NCBI GenBank assembly: GCA_043813365.1
Contig: JBDRLB010000047.1
Location: forward strand, 1 to 28,394
DNA length: 28,394 bases
Direction: 5' to 3'
Source of the DNA: Candidatus Micrarchaeota archaeon
GTDB lineage: Archaea; Micrarchaeota; Micrarchaeia; Norongarragalinales; SBBD01
Below, in pieces: positions 25,550 to 28,394 of this stretch. Numbering within the stretch: position 1 is the stretch's first letter; every line of letters begins with the position of its first letter. Under the pieces are notes generated by a model, which was not told where the DNA came from, did no database searches, and saw only the letters and a list, made by a program, of their open reading frames with translations. Made by a program: the position numbers and the translations under genes.

Positions 25550-26590
25550 ATGCTCGCGTTGAAGGTTAAGTTCCGGGATGCGGAAGATGCAAAGGCATTC
25601 CTGCATAAAAGGCAGCTGTACGAAAGCAGGTTCCTGCCTTCCAAAGATGCCTCCCATATCTACTTCCCTTCAGTTGGAAAAACGAAACTGCCTTTTGAAG
25701 GAAAATTCGTCAGCCGCACTTTGGCAAAAAGGGAGGCGGGAGGCAGCCTGAGGCAGCTGGCGCTTAAGGAGAAAATGATCTCAAAAAATCAAATGGGAGA
25801 ATTCGTCTCCTCCTTTGATGTGATGGGAAACATAGCTATTGTGGAAATACCCCCGGAATTCGAAGGAAAGGAAAAGCGCATCGCAGAGCTGCTGATGCGA
25901 ACACACCCCAACGTCAAAACAGTTGCAAAAAAAACAAGCGCGGTGAAAGGGAAATACCGCGTGAAATCGTTGGAAGTGATTGCGGGCAAAAAAACGCTTG
26001 TCACGGAATACAGGGAGAACAATTGCCGTTTCAGGCTCGATTTGGGGAAAGTGTATTTTTCGCCGAGGCTGAGCTTTGAGCGCAACAGGATCGCAAGGAA
26101 GGTAAGGAAGGGCGAGAGGGTGCTGGCATTGTTTGCGGGCGCTGGCTTTTACCCGATCATCATTGAAAAAATTCAGCCGGGAGCAAATTGCATCGCAATT
26201 GAGCTGAACCCCATTGCAGAAAAATACATGGAGGAAAACATCAGGCTGAATAAAATGGAAGGGAAAATCAAATCAATCAGGGGGGATGTGAACCGCATAC
26301 TTACCAGCGCTTCATTCAAGCGATGGGCAACAAGGGCAATAATGCCCCTTCCCCATTCGGCCTACGAATTCCTTCCTGCAACAATAACTGCTTGCATGAA
26401 GGGCGCGGTTGTTCACTTCTACTACATCCCAAAAAACCGTGTGCCGGATGCATTCATTGAAGCGGAGGGCAAAATCAGGGAAGCATGCGTGAAATCCAAA
26501 AGGAAATACAAGGTAATTTTCAAGCGCTCCGTCAAAACTTACGCTCCGGGAATAGATGAAGTTGTTGTGGATTTCAAATTGCTAAACTGA
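25550..26590 (+). CDS. Trm5/Taw2 (Met-10+) family tRNA position-37 SAM-dependent transferase
   Basis: SFDVMGNIAI, G.YRV..LEVIAG, YREN, KVYFSPRLSFER, LFAGAG, ELNP, AIMPLP. Confidence 0.9.
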   Translation: MLALKVKFRDAEDAKAFLHKRQLYESRFLPSKDASHIYFPSVGKTKLPFEGKFVSRTLAKREAGGSLRQLALKEKMISKNQMGEFVSSFDVMGNIAIVEIPPEFEGKEKRIAELLMRTHPNVKTVAKKTSAVKGKYRVKSLEVIAGKKTLVTEYRENNCRFRLDLGKVYFSPRLSFERNRIARKVRKGERVLALFAGAGFYPIIIEKIQPGANCIAIELNPIAEKYMEENIRLNKMEGKIKSIRGDVNRILTSASFKRWATRAIMPLPHSAYEFLPATITACMKGAVVHFYYIPKNRVPDAFIEAEGKIREACVKSKRKYKVIFKRSVKTYAPGIDEVVVDFKLLN

Positions 26591-26740
26591 TGCGCAAAAT
26601 TCGCATCCTAATTCAATTTTCCCTCTTTTTACCACATAGACAATCGTCTAATTATCCATTTAATTTGTTGTCGGAAAATATACGACAAATTGATAACTAG
26701 TTTGCCGCCCATATAATTGTGGAAAGAAGGGGCGGTTCAG

Positions 26741-26836
26741 ATGGAGGGAATCACTTTGTTTGTTTTGGCGTTGGCCGCAATTTGGGCGGTGGGAGGGTCT
26801 GAAGGCATTTCGGATCACATTCCAATGTATCCGTGA
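26741..26836 (+). CDS. Small ORF, 31 aa, hydrophobic N-terminus
   Basis: MEGITLFVLALAAIWAVGGSEGISDHIPMYP. TATAAT starts at 26712, 29 nt upstream. Confidence 0.5.
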   Translation: MEGITLFVLALAAIWAVGGSEGISDHIPMYP

Positions 26837-26850
26837 AAGGGTGAGGTTGC

Positions 26851-27009
26851 ATGAGCCTTTTTGAGGACGTGCACGGCACCTATCATGGGGCACCGGCAAT
26901 TGCTGCCCTCCTGGGGGTGCTAGCATTGCAGGGAGGGATGCCGCTGGAGAGCCCGGTCGCTTTGCTTTTGGGGCTCGTGGTTCTTGTGGGAATGTCCGGC
27001 GGGCAATGA
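26851..27009 (+). CDS. Small ORF, 52 aa, two hydrophobic segments
   Basis: MSLFEDVHGTYHGAPAIAALLGVLALQGGMPLESPVALLLGLVVLVGMSGGQ, preceded by the SD-like GGGTGAGGT. Confidence 0.55.
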   Translation: MSLFEDVHGTYHGAPAIAALLGVLALQGGMPLESPVALLLGLVVLVGMSGGQ

Positions 27010-27076
27010 CCCGGCGGCGTGATGAGGAGAAACGCGATACCGATATAATTATTAACAACCGGAGATTATTTTTTAT

Positions 27077-27901
27077 ATGAAAGCAACAGCAGCCATTTTG
27101 CCAATCGCCCTGATATTGCTTTCGGGCTGCCTTCAGATAGGCCCGGCCAACAATGCTACGCCCATGATTACATTGCAAGCTACCCTCACCCCCACTCCGC
27201 AGGAGGAATTGCCCTGCGAGCAGCGGGCCACTGATTTGCGGGATGCCTGCCTTCTGGAGCGCGCGAAATCGGACAAGAGCGCGGACGTCTGCGCAATGAT
27301 ACAGAATACCGCATCCAAAAACGAGTGCTTCGCCTTCATCGCGAACTACACGAAAATTTATGAGATCTGCGACGGAATCGCATACCCGTCCGCAAAATAC
27401 TCGTGCTATTCGATGGTAGCGCAAGGGAAGGGGGACGCCTCCATATGCTACAGGATACCGGATGAGGCGTACAAGAACAATTGCCTCGTGGGCTTTTCGG
27501 ATCCTTCCGTCGAAGTTGAGCGCTGCAATTCCATCAGCTTGGATGCAAAGCGGAACGCGTGCCTGCTTGAGCTTGCGGAAAGGCTGAACCAATCGGCGAT
27601 CTGCAACGAGCTGCTGAGCCCGCAGCCGCGCGACAACTGCAGGGCGAGCATTGCGGAAAAGATGAATTACCTTTCCATCTGCGATGAGATCGAAAGCTCC
27701 GACAGGCTCGCTGCATGCTACAGCAAAATCGCATTTGCACGGAAAGACCTTTCGGTTTGCCAGAGCATTAAGGTGGAGGTGGAGGCGAAATACATCTGCT
27801 TCACGAACCTTGCGGCTGAGCTGAATAATCCGGCTGCGTGCGGCTACATAACCAACGAATACTACAGGAACAGCTGCTATGGGATGGTCGAGGCCAATTG
27901 A
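27077..27901 (+). CDS. Cys-rich 26-aa repeat lipoprotein
   Basis: Lipobox LLSGC, Thr/Pro linker, nine Cys pairs in C-x(10-12)-C-x13 periodicity. Confidence 0.88.
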   Translation: MKATAAILPIALILLSGCLQIGPANNATPMITLQATLTPTPQEELPCEQRATDLRDACLLERAKSDKSADVCAMIQNTASKNECFAFIANYTKIYEICDGIAYPSAKYSCYSMVAQGKGDASICYRIPDEAYKNNCLVGFSDPSVEVERCNSISLDAKRNACLLELAERLNQSAICNELLSPQPRDNCRASIAEKMNYLSICDEIESSDRLAACYSKIAFARKDLSVCQSIKVEVEAKYICFTNLAAELNNPAACGYITNEYYRNSCYGMVEAN

Positions 27902-27947
27902 GTCTCCATTCAAAAGCTATTTCAACACCTTCCGCTTAAGTAAATCC

Positions 27948-28394
27948 ATGATACGGAATGCCAGCCTGATCCTCGCCGCCATCCTGATCGTTTCGATGGG
28001 ATGCCTAAAGATGCTCGATGCTAAACAGCCAACTCCAACCCCTGATGCATTCCCCCAGAATACGATTGAGGAGATAATCATCACCCAAAAGGCGATTCCC
28101 ACCCAAAAATTTGCGACAACGCCCCCGACTCCTTCCTTTGCAGCCAAGAGGACGTTCATAGCAGGTGATGAGCAATCATGCACCAGAATCGGCGGCGCAT
28201 GGAAGGATGTTGGCGGAGTTTGGGGGTGCTACTTATTTACAAAAGATGCGGGGAGGAAATGCACGGATTCGAACCAATGCGAAGGGTATTGCATCTCCCA
28301 TTTGAAGGGCGCCACTTCCGGCCTCTGCGCCCAAACTATCCCCCTGCAAGGCTGCGACTACCGCATAGACAATGGAACGGAGAAGGGCAAGGTC
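27948..28394 (+). CDS. Cys-rich lipoprotein (truncated by the window edge)
   Basis: Not in the track. Open from ATG 27948 to the end: MIRNASLILAAILIVSMGC, a PT-rich linker, then CTRIGGAW...C...TKDAGRKCTDSNQCEGYC...GLC...GC. Confidence 0.85.
   Translation, partial: MIRNASLILAAILIVSMGCLKMLDAKQPTPTPDAFPQNTIEEIIITQKAIPTQKFATTPPTPSFAAKRTFIAGDEQSCTRIGGAWKDVGGVWGCYLFTKDAGRKCTDSNQCEGYCISHLKGATSGLCAQTIPLQGCDYRIDNGTEKGKV

Noticed and set aside
26591..27076. RNase P RNA, SRP RNA or C/D-box sRNA in the gap (GTGATGA at 27019, CCGA at 27040)
   Set aside because: No RNase P or SRP consensus motifs found, and the C/D box set is incomplete. Two small ORFs explain the GC-rich part better.
26660..27913. 417-aa minus-strand ORF in the track
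   Set aside because: Antisense shadow of the Cys-repeat lipoprotein and the small ORFs; no recognisable motifs.

Overview
Gene-dense archaeal chromosome segment, probably DPANN and possibly Micrarchaeota (inferred from eS1, archaeal uS15, CarS, an Sm protein, T-loop tRNA introns and Cys-rich lipoproteins; no database search was done). Core genes: DRG/TGS GTPase, HemK-type methyltransferase, M50 protease, beta-CASP nuclease, UppS, rps3ae, rps15, TrmJ-type methyltransferase, DUF2226-MinD-Sm, CarS, two short archaeosortase-like proteins, a Lon-type protease domain, ATP-dependent DNA ligase, DUF63 and Trm5/Taw2. Several orphan genes are interleaved. Features absent from the ORF track: a RelE-like toxin (1-315) with a wHTH antitoxin and a perfect 20-bp operator palindrome; divergent tRNA-Ala(GGC) and tRNA-Val(GAC) genes, each split by a T-loop intron (35 and 92 nt); two small hydrophobic ORFs; and a truncated Cys-rich lipoprotein at the right edge. 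The most striking signal is a ~55-nt double-hairpin element present both inside the tRNA-Val intron and between genes at 11967-12023. At that second site it separates the trmJ 3' end from a synonymously recoded second copy of the same 18 codons plus stop (17 nucleotide changes, no amino-acid change). Also seen: an in-frame TAG in a SelO/kinase-like orphan, a probable 1-nt frameshift at the trmJ start, an ~88-aa insertion in DNA ligase and a structured rps15 leader.
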